Shown: positions 13,256 through 25,000 of the stretch, in pieces
Numbering within the stretch: the stretch's first letter is position 1
How the letters are laid out: every line of letters starts with the position of its first letter
Assembly: GCA_965153455.1 (NCBI GenBank)
Contig: OZ234493.1
Coordinates: 23,302,213 to 23,366,212 of the forward strand
Direction: 5' to 3'
Length of the DNA stretch: 64,000 nucleotides
Source of the DNA: Sphagnum compactum
Taxonomy: Eukaryota
Notes under the pieces: generated by a model
Told to the model about the DNA's origin: nothing
Databases searched by the model: none
What the model saw: only the letters and a program-made list of their open reading frames with translations
Program-made: the position numbers and the translations under genes

Positions 13256-15852
13256 CTTTCAGAGTTGCCATTGCATGATCCATGCTTTGAACAACGTCCT
13301 CGAGCAGGGGCACCCCCATGTGATAGTTGAGAGTATCCCCATACCCCTTCAAGTGATGCATCTGCAGGTCATCTGCCCACTCCAGCAACTTGATCTGTTT
13401 GTAAAACAAACAAATATTACAGTGAGTAGCTCTGTGAAGTTCCCGATGCGTCAAATACACTTTCAATCACATATGAATGTAAGCCCAACATCATTCAGTT
13501 GCCAAGATTTGACAGTCACCATTCATTTGTGTGATTTGAGCGATCCAGGGTGGACTATTTGTTGGCAAAGCCTCCAAGGATGTCCTCCATTGTGACAAGA
13601 AAGATCATGGCATAGCCCCCCATTATAAGCATGTGAAGGTATCTGAGGGAAAGTTAAAGAAAATTACTTTAGACATGGATTTCCTCTTGAGAACACTGTG
13701 ATGGATTACCCTGTACAGTGGAGTTGTCAGGTCTATTGTGAATTCCTATAAGATTCTTTAGAGGAGAACTTTTAACAACCTTCCAATTGATTTTTAGGAT
13801 TCCAGACCAAATCTAGTTTGCCACACAGCAACAGAATATGCACTGACAAAAACAACAAAAGACCAGAGTCATCCACCTAGTCCGTCTAGAAACATTTTCT
13901 TTCTCATGTCAAATTGCAGTACAAAATTGAAGGATACCTGTTGTCACACAAATCAACACCAGCAGTAACCGCCTGCAGCATCTCCTCTGAACAGATTCCC
14001 AGAAAAAACAATCAGTATTTTTACTTTGATAACCATAACTTGAAAAAACTGACCAGGATATAGTACTACAACATACAATGCTACGAAAGCATAGCAGTTG
14101 CAATAAAGGAATTCAGCCCATATTTGCAACCATGACCATGTCAAACTAAAGTACACTATGAACTAAAGATGCACAAAATTGGACATCGGAAGGTCAGTAC
14201 CTGGCATTCCCAGCCCACTAACATGGCGAGGCTTTTCCATTGGTAAGCTTGCCTTTTACATCACCAGATAGAATTTAATTGCCACTTTTTTCTAGAAGAA
14301 AAAGGCTGCTACAACAATGACATAGAAGCAGGTGACTGATGAATGAACTTAGAAAAGAAAGAAGCATGTGTGAGAGAAGTGAAGGTGGATCATATAACAA
14401 AGATAAAGAACTACAGTGATAGCTTCTAGAACAGGGCGTTGGTCCTCTGTAGCTTCACCAAGACCAAAGCCACCCAAAGAAAAACCTGCAAAACCACATG
14501 CTCTGTCACTTACTGTTTATCTCAAAGTGGTTGGCTCACAACCTCATCAGAAGACTCATTAAGAAAAAAATTCTCTTGATTTCAAGGATTTGACAACTCA
14601 TCCACACAGAATTAGCCAGTTGGGGTTCATGCACTAAAACAGAACTCAGAATGTGGTTTCACAGCTTGGCAAGTGATACAACAGTTCATGACAAGGAGCA
14701 ATATATCATGCTTAGACATTTTGGGAAATATGGAAAGGAAGAATGAAGCAGGCTTGTTCCCTTGTTGCTAATGTTATGGTAGACAAAAAACAAGTAGTGC
14801 ACCTGCTACATTGGGAGTTGCCATTTGTTGAGCAGAGCGTGTTCGCTGCTCAACACTGCTTCCTCCAACCACAACACCCAGACACCAAATGTCCTGCTTT
14901 GCCCAGATTATGAATCACATCAGTCGGCTTCAATCTACCCAAAATAGGTCATGATACAAGTCATGCAAGATAAAAGGCTCTGAAGGAGTAAAGCAAAGTA
15001 ATATGATATACAATTGACAGAGAAAGGCAATGGTCTAGCCATTGTAAGGTGCAACCAATTGACATGCGGTTTCGCTTTTCCAAGACCCATACAAGAACCT
15101 CATCAAGTAAGCTAGCCCATAAATTAGGTTTGCATGTATTGATGACTTCCATGTACTTGACAGGCCCAACCTGCAACATATTCACCCATATAGAGAGTAA
15201 GTACTTAAACAAACAGCAAGACTTGCAGAGCACAAACTTTTATGTTCCACTTCTTTGAAGCACTAAACTGTTGTGTAACTTGGGATGGTGGGACTGCAAT
15301 GCCTTCTAACCTTGAGAATCTCAACCAGTTCATCAGGTAAACCATAAGGACGAGAAACATTCTTAATAATAATTGCCTTCAAAAATCTGGTATCTGAAGG
15401 AAATAAATCTCTCAAACAAAAAAGATCTGCACCTGAAATTAATGGAGTTGGAGAGAGGGGGAAGAGATCCTCCTACGATTCAGCAACCAAAAGAGGTCTT
15501 GAAAGAGGCCCCAAACTTGGTGGTCCCCTATCTATCTGCTTCATCCATGATCAAGTCCTGCCCAACTGCGAACAATCCATGTTCAGGTAAACACAACATC
15601 TTATGTAAGCTTCCCACCTCCGCAACCACCTCTGGAAGTGGACTGTCCAAACTACGACCAGAGTGTTATGAAGACCCATCTTCAGTCTCCAGCAGTTTTG
15701 AAGTTAGCAACACAACCACAAACAACTCCTTTCAACTAATTCCAGACTGAAAAAAATTGGAAGCTTCTTATCAAAGTCAGATAAGCCAAACCCACCTCTC
15801 CAGAAGTGAAAATTCCACAAGCATGATCAACAATGTCCAACAAAGATGCCTC
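13256..15852 (-). pseudogene. Two consecutive exons of a MINPP1-like histidine acid phosphatase (multiple inositol polyphosphate phosphatase), fragment
   Basis: Exon 15852-15796 (EASLLDIVDHACGIFTSGE) and exon 13394-13256 (IKLLEWADDLQMHHLKGYGDTLNYHMGVPLLEDVVQSMDHA) join in phase 0. They match the recalled plant MINPP segment QEASLL...C.LF...E.VALLEWTDDLE...LKGYG.SLNY.MGVPLLEDV. No other MINPP exons were seen. Confidence 0.8.
13600..15651 (-). pseudogene. QTRT2: Queuine tRNA-ribosyltransferase accessory subunit 2 internal fragment (about 7 exons), pseudogene
   Basis: Exons give SPLPEVVAEVGSLHKML..TKFGASFKT (15651-15477, in-frame TAG 15528-30 and TGA 15480-82), KYMEVINTCKPNLWASLLDEV..EKRNRMSI..TLQWLDHC (15170-15012), GVVVGGSSVEQRTRSAQ, FSLGGFGLGE, SLPMEKPRHVSGLGMPEEMLQAVTAGVDL and YLHMLIMGGYA, followed by a frameshift. 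N- and C-terminal exons are absent. Confidence 0.85.
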
Positions 15853-15897
15853 CTGTGAGGACCACAAAATGTAAATAGCAGCAAGAGCACCAAATAT

Positions 15898-17215
15898 GAG
15901 CAACCCTCTGATGCTTTTTAACAGAGGGTAGCCTTTATTCTTCAGACAATAAGATTGGCCATCTAAGAGACAAAGAAAGCTTTAGAACTACAAAGCCTCA
16001 AAAACCTGTAAAATGGACTATCGATAACTCCAAACTTGGTAGTAATAGAAATATTGGAATGACCATGAGGCATACAAATCATGTTGATACCTGCATACTC
16101 TGGTTGAGAACTTTATCAAAGATATCACAGGATATACCTTGATGAATTTGCTTGACAGCTAGATCCAAGGAGTTACAAGAGAAGCCTTTAGAAGTACAAT
16201 TCAACTCACAAGATGTTTTTGGGGATATGCCACCACCAAAAGAATCTTGTTTAGGTACATAGAACTCTCAGAGTCTGGAAAGTCAGGAACAAAAAGATCG
16301 TCCACAAACCTACAAACAAGGGATAATCTATGAAGAACAACAAGACAGGTGCTTCAAGAGGTGCTTGAGAAAATTGAACTCATAGAAAAAAGATATAAAT
16401 TAGCTAAATAGACAACACAATTGTCTAGAAGAACAAATTATGTAACAACAAATCCAGCTCAGAGATTATGTCTGAAGCCTCCACAACTTTAAAGCTATGT
16501 AGAGTTTCAAACAAATTTATTTCTTCTTTGTTCTTAAGCCACAAATACCCGAAGTTCAAAGCTGTGCTTTGAACCAACAAAAACTTTAAATGATGAAGTT
16601 TAAACATCTGATTAAACACTTTATTAATCAGAACTTTCATACAATCTTTAAGATCTGTCAGGTCTATCTTAGTGTATCCAGTTGAAAAATCAAACAATTG
16701 GAACAAGAATGGAGAAGCTTTACCAACTTTTGTTCTCAAAAGAGTAAGGAATTATATCATATCCAGTACTCCTGTAGAGTCATTAAGAATCCAACTACGA
16801 ATAGAAGGAACATGAACCTTTTTGAGTTTTGACACCCAAAGGTATTTAACTGTGGGAAAAATAGCTTTGTAGAAAGAACTAAGCCACTCAGAACCTTCAG
16901 TATGGGATGTGGAACTGGCTGCACAAATAAATCTTAGTTTAATCAGATTTTTATGAAACTTCCAGACATCACAAAGAAACAGAAGAGGAGGGCCACACTT
17001 TCCACCACTAAAATTATGAGCCTTATTACAAGAATGATGAGATTTAAGAATTTCTCCTTGGGCAAGATCTGAGATCACATATGTACCAACTGGGGAATTA
17101 AACTCAAAGAAAACTGAAGAAACGTAGAGCTTTTTACAAACAAAAACACAATTATTACTATACTTATCCATGTGAGTAATAACAAAAGAACAGACAATTG
17201 AGGAATGAGAATTCA
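15898..17215 (-). mobile_element. Penelope-like retroelement RT fragment (degenerate), same family as 38600-40620
   Basis: Broken ORFs [34 protein letters not shown] and FDFSTGYTKIDL, plus thumb region to KNKGYPL. Nucleotide-colinear with the plus-strand copy at ~38770-40205. Confidence 0.85.
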
Positions 17216-17809
17216 AGACAATTAGAGAACATATTTATTTGGTAACAAACTATCCAATTGTGTGGGGTTTATATACAAACACACAGGAAGACACACTCCC
17301 AAAATTAAGGGACACCAAATTGTTCATATAGAGTTACTGACCTGAAGAAGGCGATTGCCACCATTGTCACTCATGTTGAAAAGATGTAATTGCGGAGGTT
17401 TCCTATGGAAAGACAATGATTGAAAAAGAATTCCATATCCATGTTCTTGCTCCTCATTCATACCTGCACCTTCCTCCCAATCCTTCACCCCCCACAGACC
17501 ATCACCAAATAAGTTGCATATAACAGTGAAACTTCATTATTCAGTTATATGGCTCATAAACAAGATAGACAGGATGGATGAAACGATACAAGTGAGCAAA
17601 AATACTTCCACGTTTTTCTAACCCATTTCACTTCTCATTTACATCTTGTGCATGCTAATTATCCGTAGCATGGATTAAGCATGAAATCAGAGTCAGTATG
17701 ATATAAAACGAAAACACAGCATTGCAGACTCAAACTGCAATTGTTTGGCTGCTTATGTTCATGCAACTTAGGAGAACCAATCATATAGATATAGAAAGAA
17801 GGACATTAC

Positions 17810-17997
17810 CAGCAATAAAAAGCAAGGGAAGCTTCACGTAACTCTGCCTTCCATTCCTGTAGCATCTGATGCATTTGCTCCTCCAACAATGAAACATCTT
17901 CAACCAATTCTTCCGCCGTGCTTGTTGCAATTCCGACACTATGCCTTGAAGATCATCCACCCTGTTGATTGCTCTTGCACGAAAATGTTGTGATCCT
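17810..17997 (-). pseudogene. VOZ: VOZ (vascular plant one-zinc finger) transcription factor N-terminal fragment, frameshifted
   Basis: GSQHFRARAINRVDDLQGIVSELQQAR, then after a frameshift EDVSLLEEQMHQMLQEWKAELREAS. This matches the recalled VOZ N-terminus KNRVDDLQG...ARKE...DV.LLEEQV.QMLREWK.EL.EPS. Confidence 0.8.
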
Positions 17998-18624
17998 TTG
18001 TTGGCTTATGTTTTGCAGCTGCAATCATTTCCAGTCCCCCAAAACATCACTCCCAATTCCCTGACAAAAAAGTACTCATCATATTCACATCACACAAAAC
18101 TGACTGAACATGCAGCTCCAAGCAGTGGCCAATCCACATTCTTTCCCTCATGATTTCAGAACATAATGCAAGCCTACAAGGCATCACACTACAAACAGGT
18201 ATTTTTTGAGCTTTGCAGTAGACTTTTGCCTGAAAATGAAAGCACAGTATGAAGGATAGAAAACCTTTGCTCTGATCCATTGCAACCTACAGCTATCTTA
18301 ACTAAACCAGCTCCAATCAATGAAAATTATCATCACTAAAATTAAATTTAGACAATATGTTTAGCTAAAGTTTAATTAGTCATAAAATTTACAAAATTTA
18401 ACAATTAAGTTTATCAAATAAGTTCAATCACTATGTTTAACTTATTAAATTAAACTAGTAGGTTTAACCATTAAAGTTAAATCATTAAGTTTAGCCGTTT
18501 AATTTATGCATTAGATTTAACCTAATTTTAACCACTATGTGTCACCTAGGTTTAAGTATTGTGTTTAGTGATGTGAAATAAATGTGTGAAATAAAAAAAC
18601 TTGATACAGTTGAACACCTTCGAT

Positions 18625-18681
18625 GGTGTAGTTCATTTGTAAAAACTTGGATTATCATTGTGAAAGTTTGAGTTCAATTCC
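18625..18681 (+). repeat. Degenerate tRNA-like head (Pol III A/B box-like), possible SINE remnant
   Basis: 'ggtgtagttcatttgtaaaa' (A-box-like) and 'gagttcaattcc' (B-box-like). No closed cloverleaf. Followed by (taggt)-rich low-complexity sequence. Confidence 0.35.
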
Positions 18682-19149
18682 TTATACTTCTAACTTATGT
18701 GCATGTTTAAAAACCTAAAGTAAGTAGGTTAAGGTAGTTTGGTGAAGTTTGGTTACGTTAAGTAGTTTTAGTTAGGTTAGGTTAACACCTACCTAAATGT
18801 CTTTTTTTGACCTACTTAAACCTATTTATTATCAATTTAAATTTTTTTAAGTCAAAAAATAATTTTAGTTTAGTTATAAATTTGATCCAATCAAATGATT
18901 CATTGTTTATTAGTTAAATAATTAGTCACCATGTTAGTCAAAATGAAAAGGTCCAAATTGACTACCTAGTCACATTGATAGGTCCAAATTGACAATGTGG
19001 TCTTTTTTACACCTATCATTTTGAATTTTTTTTATTAGAAAAACCAATAAAAAAAACCATGAATTAATAGTGAATGGATTCTTTTTCAAGTTCAAGCACC
19101 TTTTCAAACTCTAATTTTTTTTCAAATGATGATGAAATCTTATATGACA

Positions 19150-19670
19150 TGGATGAAAAGGATATAATGTTCTTTTAATATGAATTTGTGGCATGTAATG
19201 TTGGAAACTTCTTCAACCCACATGAGATGGATGAGGGGAGTGGGCTATTAATGGACCCAATTGTGGATGTTCGATATGTGTTGATAACAATGCAAGCCAC
19301 CCCAATATTGTTCAAGAATTTGACAAACTTTATTGCCACAAAATCTAAAAAACTTCCATTCTTTGCAGTGCCTACCATCACCTCCCCTGTTAAGTCCATA
19401 AATGAAGCATGTATTGTTTTTGGAACACCTTAAAAGTTAAGCCCTTAACACAAGTATTTTGTTCATAAAACATGACAACATCACAAAGTATGATTCTTTC
19501 ATGTGAAATTGGTCCTAAAAAATTGTGTTTGATGATTTTTTTTTGATTCATGATGTGTTAATGTTTCAATTGTGAATGAGATCTACTCAACTATGGCCCA
19601 AAAGCGAGCTACCTTGGGCACTCATTTGTAGGAATTATTCAAATGCATAAGGTTCATTAAGGGAACCTTG
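19150..19670 (+). mobile_element. Degenerate DNA transposase remnant, probably PIF/Harbinger-like
   Basis: Broken frames LFKNLTNF..VPTI, KLSP, KHDNITKYDSFM*NWS and a GFI(D)GT-like 'ggttcattaagggaacc' near 19650. Many stops. Confidence 0.4.
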
Positions 19671-19989
19671 TGTCACGAGCATGAAAACAACCAAGACCAA
19701 ATTTTTTTAACCAAAATGAGAACAAAGCCAAGCCTAGTTCCAAATCCAATTTGTGAAACAAAAGAAATAAGCAAAAAAAACATGACACATGTGAAACAAA
19801 AATCTAACAAGATTTTATTACAAAGAGAAAACAATAAAACATACCCAAAATTGGTGTGAACATATTAGAGGTAATGGGGAATTATATCTCTATTTATACC
19901 TATTAGGCATTTATTTCAAGGAAGTTTTAAATTAAACTTTCAACCTACATGTGGCCCATGTGTACACATGTGTGGCCCATGTGTACCCT

Positions 19990-20380
19990 ATGAGTTAATT
20001 AAAAATGAAAAAATATTTAATTAAAAATGAACTGAAGGTGAACTAAGAGTTAACTAAAAATGAATTAAAAGTCAATTAAAAGGGAATTGAAAGCGAACTA
20101 AGAATTAATTACAAATGAATTAAAAATAAACTTAAAGTTAATTATAAATGAATTAAAAGTGAACTAATAATTAATTACAAATGAACTGAAAATGAACGAA
20201 AAATTAACTATAAATGAATTAGGATTTAATTAAGAGTGAACTAAGTGTTAATTGAAAATGAACTGGAAGTGAATGAGAACTTAACTAAAAATGAATTAAA
20301 AGTTACTTAGAAATGAACTAAAACTTAATTGGAAACTAACTCAAAAATAAACTGAAACTAAACTAGGAGTTAGGTATAAG
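19990..20380. repeat. Degenerate AT-rich tandem array (aaatgaattaaaagtgaactaagagttaact-like, ~30-33 bp)
   Basis: Repeated 'aaatgaatt/aactg aaa.gtgaactaa' motifs are visible throughout. Confidence 0.7.
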
Positions 20381-22089
20381 TTCATTACAAGTCATGGATG
20401 AACATTCAAATGAATGAATTTTATGACATTGGCATTTGTGACACCTTTGGCTGAGATCCAAAAACCATAAAATGACAAGGTTCATCGATCATAATTCAAT
20501 GAATAGAAAAAAAACATATGCATTGTGAACAACACAATTATTTTTGACCGCACGTGCTTATTCATTTATATAATTAATAAGGTCCCCAAGTTATTACCAT
20601 GATGTATACATCATTTAACATTTTGCATTTAAAAAGATTGGTGCCAATATTTTATTCATGAAGGTGATTACTTTAAGCTTCTACCAGTGGATCCAAGGTA
20701 TTTGAAAAAATAAATGTTCATGACAAAGGATCGGGAGATGGTAATTAGTTTCCAGTTCAAATTTAAATGCCATACAAACATACAACAAAATATATGTCAA
20801 ATATTAAGTGTAAGTGGAGTGGGGTACTAGTGGCTTGAAAAGAAAACAAAAGAGACTGAGTCATCAAAAGATTCAATAGCACAAAACCAAAATTCAACCA
20901 TCTTTTCCAACATGTTACCTTACCCTATTAATTTCTTACATAGGAGGAAAAGGGACCTCACATATGAGGTGATTGATGACCATCTTCCTAATCATCACTA
21001 TTAAAAATCTAGGTTTTTTATGCCTCTAGTATCATTATTACAATGACATATGTGATTGTGCATGTTGTCCAACATGACAGAAGGAGGTATTTTTTGTTTG
21101 TTTTGTCCCCACCCCAAAAGGAACAATGTCTAATTTAACTCTACTCATTTTCCATTCTAGTCAAAACATTCCTATTAATATGTGGACTACTCAATGCCCA
21201 TGTGGAATAGTGGTATCAAGTAGTGTGACTAATTTTAGTCACATCAATTAATTACATGTTTAAGCAACTACATGTTCTAACTTGTGCCATAAATTCATCT
21301 TTTAATTATTTTTGAATTGTTTTCAAGTTGGAAATCCTCATGTGCGTTGTTCTTATGTTCATGGCTATATATCCATCTTTGCAACTAAAAGTGCATCCTA
21401 GATCTTAGAACTCACTTAAACGTAGGATGTTGTTTGCAAGGCTCTTGGGAAATGGAGCTACAACATTTCCACTTTTGTTATTGGCTTGTCAATGGGGCCT
21501 AGCCTAGAACTTGGCAAAATAGATAGCCTACTATCATGATACTTATGTAGTTTTGGCACAAATGATTTCTTTTTCATTTTGCCAATTTTCCCAGAAAAAA
21601 TAAGACTTTATGTCAAAAACTTTGAAATTTCAATCAACATGTAATCAGTGTAGCCAAAGTTACACCCATGAGATGTCCAAAAATGTAATATAAATGTGAT
21701 CAATCTAAGCAAAAAAACAAAATGAAACTTGTGAGATATCTAATGATTTTATTTTATTTTATTATATTCCAAATTTTTCAAAATCTAAAACCTGAGAGGC
21801 AAATCAAAAATTTAAAATTATATTAATTATTTGGCACATTAATGTTGAATTTCCCCACTTTAGTTTTCAAAACACGTTTTTTTAATACAACTATGATATT
21901 GATTCTCAAGCATTATAACAAGACCCCTATGCACAAGGACATTGGATGATATCACACATGGACAAAACAACATGGTTGTTGAACAAATAATTACTAGTGG
22001 TAACCCGTGCCTGCAAGGCACGACACGGCACTGGGAAAAAACTGGGAGTCCAAAGGAGACCCCAAAGAACCCCATACTCACAAGAAAAA

Positions 22090-25000
22090 TCACTGCAGCA
22101 CTTCACGGTAGACCACATTACTGGTATAAACGCTAGCAAGGGCCCCATTCAGAGCCGCCCTGCTGCCACCCCGGACCAGCACCCAGACGCCCCGCCGTGA
22201 GCCGCACCGAGAGAAAGCCACATAAAGCTGCCCGTGGCAAAAAACAGGCTTGGGCAGGTACACCCCCACTGTCTGCAGTGTCTGCCCCTGGGCCTTGTTG
22301 ATAGTCATGGCAAATGCAGGCCGCAACGGGAACTGCCGTCGGCGGAGAGTAAAAGGCATCCTCTCCGTGTCAAAGGGAATGATGCTGAGGCGGGGAATGA
22401 AAACGCGCCTGCCCTTGTCCGGTCCTGTGGCAATCTCAGCATCAATTATGTGCTGCATCAGTTTGACCACAATAAGCCGAGTGCCATTTGCAAGGCCACC
22501 CGGCATATTCCGCAGCAAAATCACGGGGCAGCCTTCCTGCAAGGTCAAAGTGTGGGGTGGCACCCCTGACATGCTGAGGGAGTTTAGAAACTCGGTGGGG
22601 TAAACTCCTCTCTGTTCGCCTTGCACAACAGAATTAGCGCTGTAGTACATGCGGCGCTGTGCTGGTGTGCCGTCAGGTGTGGTGAGGTCAAACCGATTCA
22701 TGATGGCGGTGTTGATGCTGTCAACGTCCTCGTTCAAAGGAGTTAAAATGGCCCTTTGGATGATGTGCTCATTGCGTGACTGCGAGTCTGTGAAGAGGCC
22801 AAGGTCGCCGTAAACTTCATCCACCAAGTTATCAATGGTGTCACCTTGGCAACACATGTCTTCTGGGATCAAAACAGCCTCCTCCCCGACCTCAGGAGAG
22901 ACTTGTTCTGTGCCCTCCCCAATGCGCTGCAAGTAGTCTGCCCAAGCTTGTTGTTGCTGGGCATCGGCTGCGGCGTTGGCTCCGCCTTGTGCTAAAAGCC
23001 TTTGAACACGCATGTTTTCATGCAGGTGACACACTTTAACACGGTGCCAAAGGACTGCGGACCTCTTGAAACTGGCATCCACAATCTGGCCCGGGGAACC
23101 ACAGGCAATATCTGCCTAAAATCACCTCCCATGACAACAACCTTGCCCCCAAAAAGCATGTCCTTTAAGGCAGGGTCAACAGCACCCATAACATGCTGGA
23201 GCGTGCGGTTCACAGCCTCAAACACATGCTTGTGGGCCATGGGTGCCTCATCCCACACAATGAGGCGTGCAGCCCGAATCAAGGCCGCTTGTGGACTGTT
23301 CAGGGGAACATAGCAAGCAGAGGAGTCACAAAGGCCTGCTACAGGAATTTTGAAACGTGAGTGAGCTGTGCAACCGCCCTCCAAAAGCAGGGCTGCAATG
23401 CCAGAAGATGCCATCGACAACACTATGTCACCAGTAGAGCGCACCCTGCTGAGTAGGCACCCGTAGAGGAAAGTCTTGCCAGCCCCTCCCAACCCATCAA
23501 CAAAAAAGGTTTTGTCCAGCGGCTTGGGGTCATGGACCGCGTCAATGACATTGTCATAAATGGAGCGCTGGTGCTGATTTAGCAAAGGCACATCCCGAGA
23601 AAGCTGCTGAGCTTGCCGTGTCACATTGTACCTGGCCCGCTCTTCGGATACAGCGACGTCCCCCGAGGCAGCCAGCTGTGCAGGGATAGGCAGCTCAAAA
23701 TCCTCTAGGGTTTTCCCCCCTTGGGCCTGCAGCAGCAGCTCCACTTCCCGCAAGCCCTGGTCAAGGATGGCCTGGTCCAGCTGCCGGTTGGGCGTTACCT
23801 GCACGACGCAACGGGGGCGGGAGGGGGGGTTATAATCCAGAAGGGCACATTTATTCATGCTTACAACTTGCAAGGAAATCGACCATTCAATAGAGAAGTT
23901 TCCAGGCAGCAGTTCAAAGAAGACAACAGAGCACAACTTATACCATCACAACCCAACGAAAGGGAGGCTTGCAATATACACTTCCTTTGTGAAGGCCTTT
24001 TCGCCACTCACCTGGCGTGTTTGGTGCAAGAAATCCTCTGTAAGGGCTCCCTTATGCCTGTCCCACAGCCGCCCAGGATTGGTGACGTTGTTGAAAATCA
24101 GCAAGCTGGCAAAAAGCTGCCGCAAGCTTCTCGGCAATTGCACCCCAGCAGCTTCTGAAAGGCACTAGTCTCATTCAGTATCATCTTGCAGCAAGCCATG
24201 TGCAAGGCATGCAGCTTTAAAAGTGGGGTGCACAACTGTGGTAGGCATGTGAGGCCGGTGGGTAGTTCTAAGGTCCTCAAAGCATGTGGCCCCTACAATG
24301 TGGGTAAGCAAAATTCGCAGATAATACCGCTCGCCCTCTGAGGGTTGCACAAAGTACATGCGCCCCACAGTTCCTAATGTGACATGATTGTTTCGGCCTG
24401 CACCCCGTCGCCCCGTTGCCCTTTTTCGGAGGTGCCACGCCTTTTTGGATTTGCTCCACACAGCGATTTCGGGATAATCAGGGTATATTGTGGTCAGCGC
24501 AACAGGGAGTGGCGGTGCAGGGTCGTTGTTGTTGCAAGCCAAAGTGGCTGCAGCCGCGTATTCAGATTTGGCCTTTTGGTTGAAGTCACACCACCTAGTC
24601 AAAGTGGTGGAGTTGTTGCGCATCATGGCTTCCCCAACCGTGGTCCCCTCAAGAAAGTAAGTGGTCTGCTCATTAGGTAGATGAACAGCCAAGCGGTAAA
24701 CATTGGGGTGCATGTCGTGCAAGTCAAAGGCAAAAAACCGATGGCAAGCTTCGCTGGCACTGACATACCGCCCATCGAGGTAATTTTGGACTTCATCCTG
24801 GGCGGCAAGCACATTGTTCCCATCGGCCTCACCTGTAGCCGCCTGAGGCGCTACAGCCGGCAAAACCCCAGCTTCCGGCTGCACCACTGCCAAAACACGG
24901 TCGTGACCCTTGTAAACATACTTGTAGAGGTATTTCATAGCTGTGATGGAGCTGCAGACCTCAACATTGATGTGGCACTAGTACCGCATGGTCAGGTAGG

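Noticed and set aside
15477-15530. QTRT2 stops rescued by U-to-C RNA editing or readthrough
   Set aside because: Such editing is organellar. The fragment also has a frameshift and lacks both ends.
17342-17463. Exon-like segment ending RLLQ as VOZ exon 2 or QTRT2 exon 1
   Set aside because: Only four residues match, so it cannot be assigned.
18625-18681. Functional tRNA gene
   Set aside because: Only degenerate A/B boxes; acceptor and anticodon stems do not pair.
8700-19100. Helitron or CACTA termini enclosing the gene-fragment mosaic
   Set aside because: The CTAG and CACTA words I inspected lacked a hairpin or matching TIR/TSD.
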